This document shows, piece by piece, positions 63,601 to 64,000 of a stretch of DNA of 64,000 nt. The stretch's first letter is position 1, and every line of letters starts with the position of its first letter. Below the pieces are notes generated by a model, which made no database searches, was not told where the DNA came from, and saw nothing but the letters and a program-made list of their open reading frames with translations. Source of the DNA: Entomortierella parvispora E1425 (lineage: Eukaryota; Fungi; Mortierellomycota); assembly GCA_020891255.1 (NCBI GenBank), contig BQFW01000011.1, forward strand, positions 1,674,001 to 1,738,000. The letters run 5' to 3'. The translations under genes and the position numbers were made by a program.

Positions 63601-63746
63601 TGGGAGGTGGACATTGAACTATCCCGCTCCTTGGTGCCACCGTCGCCACGGATTGTTACTGTCGACTCCTTGAAAAGGGGAACCATCCTAGATGACTCTG
63701 CATTCGCAATTGATTCTTCGGGACTGAGTTTCGCTACCGTCGGCAA
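60618..63746 (-). CDS. Bni4/Phactr-like protein phosphatase 1 targeting subunit; start uncertain (first ATG 63686, possible splice acceptor at 63752)
   Basis: C-terminus RQLQF.....YDR.......RLT....IKLELNQFKSQEMEVHEDSRVYTHFFI matches the PP1-binding C-terminal domain of yeast Bni4 and animal Phactr. The rest is S/Q/P-rich disorder. Confidence 0.8.
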   Translation of the reverse strand: MPTVAKLSPEESIANAESSRMVPLFKESTVTIRGDGGTKERDSSMSTSQQLSSTMDENRTHGHIIGGMQEADEPISSFSTLTMAKSSTGVTTTPSSFSATTSAAAVARASMDQQSIHPLQMDPDPDSINPSATLTGPIDPAIASPLDFGSSFVLESLQPHLGQPHQGQHQQEQQQGQRPVQVIRKKTSFAAKLRKVFVAKQSIQSDNNSSVTTPTYSPRESSLGMLAVAQQTHENVAMLASPGDDAPSDVSSDRLQQHRGSESSVSTVESPVTRPNLLRRGSAPTLSTSNNLNNNSNGQYLTPPVLLTNGVLYSDPDSEASSPSPTTPQSSTEESPEHTRLPSNQTTAIKGLKPTPTRTVKKRLSFASISSFFNGRQANAPSTQQQQQKEQTENHSKQQRSSSVPHVENPLAVVGRQIAGFQRRHSLNDLDDSNQAASKRNQNNNALQRFMSTTPRDKERVPAGTASDGSTPVSAPVITPKRLTLNKVFSKQLRRKSSTPVKTDIPPFPPKPLRSALAHRSAITVTVNSNLGAAGAKVHHVHRSSRRRAASIRSQNSTQRHSHPPTGVSAGGRNRLSQTDPLARLSEANKQLATLSRSNTEDQQQQQAHLKRLAAKRSKSHRRREQERVRGGKRPLSHHPREPSQHGEQDSSSSLASEDSESCSSPVSHEGPSGFPGEAAENQQAAPSPTRMVPPGQGDRLGGAFDSRTFSSPTTPRVLPVITKFGSPPRNPLSTLSPSPSYESYSSSSSLSDGAAASFRSTSSLSESGSYSSSSFSSPNGSPTAEKVPEIMVANNEVEGCSNASNALLPASAARLSVHAITVEREAAAAGSDAILTPKHQQANPSLVTVTSTLESSSTMSNSSTEASSTSSPASKSEMVQVREGSLRGAYSAQQQPSQPIYHQYLPDQQQQAVQVYPSAKDVQNYHHHQYLQTLQQQQFYHHQLQQQQLGSLHYPHHQQYYYADPSLYPPRPPRQLQFSTEEPMIHPTWTPEQYDRTSDPNITASRLTPTVAHKIKLELNQFKSQEMEVHEDSRVYTHFFI

Positions 63747-64000
63747 CCAGGCTGTTACGCGAAATCATAGAGAGCCGGAGAGAATAGACAAAAAAAAAAA
63801 AAAACCGCACGCGACGCGTTAGGAAATTATAGAAGAGCCGCCTGGTAATTATCTTTTCTAGTTCCCATATCCCCGGTACTTTTCCGCGCGCCCTTCATCC
63901 CGCCAAAGGGGAACAGGAGAATTGAAGGGTCTCATCCCGTTCCAATCCCTGCCGATAGTGTGAAAAGGAGTAGAAGGGAAAAGGAAAAAAAGGTACAGAA

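Overview
Gene-dense, intron-containing fungal genomic DNA. The GT-AG introns with poly-T/poly-A tracts and long S/Q/P-rich proteins suggest an early-diverging fungus, probably Mortierellaceae-like; this is an inference, with no database search. By splicing the ORF fragments by hand I can support about 21 protein-coding genes, one disrupted pseudogene and one tRNA-Ser(CGA). In order: membrane-anchored alginate-lyase-family protein (truncated by the window start), RED/IK splicing factor, eRF3/SUP35, a secreted amidohydrolase pseudogene, a Q-rich uncharacterised protein, tRNA-Ser, a bHLH factor, a GPI-type CBM18 lectin, a membrane-anchored GH9, an ABCC transporter, two tandem DHA2 MFS transporters, glyoxalase I, TFIIE-alpha, DPH4, PEX6, HTD2, an Rsc7/Swp82-like subunit, an Arf-fold protein with degenerate GTPase motifs, a ferric reductase, actin, a peroxisomal 4CL-like acyl-CoA ligase and a Bni4/Phactr-like PP1 regulator. 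I saw no mobile element, CRISPR array, rRNA or biosynthetic core gene. The best leads are: (1) an Arf-fold pseudo-GTPase with a ~130-aa insertion; (2) a ferric reductase with a plant-FRO-like split NADPH domain and Cys-rich inserts, preceded by two identical SreA/Fep1-type ATCTGATAA sites; (3) a 24-aa motif shared without gaps between the Q-rich protein and the Rsc7-like subunit, suggesting an unrecognised SWI/SNF-type subunit; (4) a perfect 21-bp hairpin between two convergent genes; (5) an actin with C285G and Q360M substitutions. Family assignments rest on remembered motifs and need HMM/BLAST confirmation.
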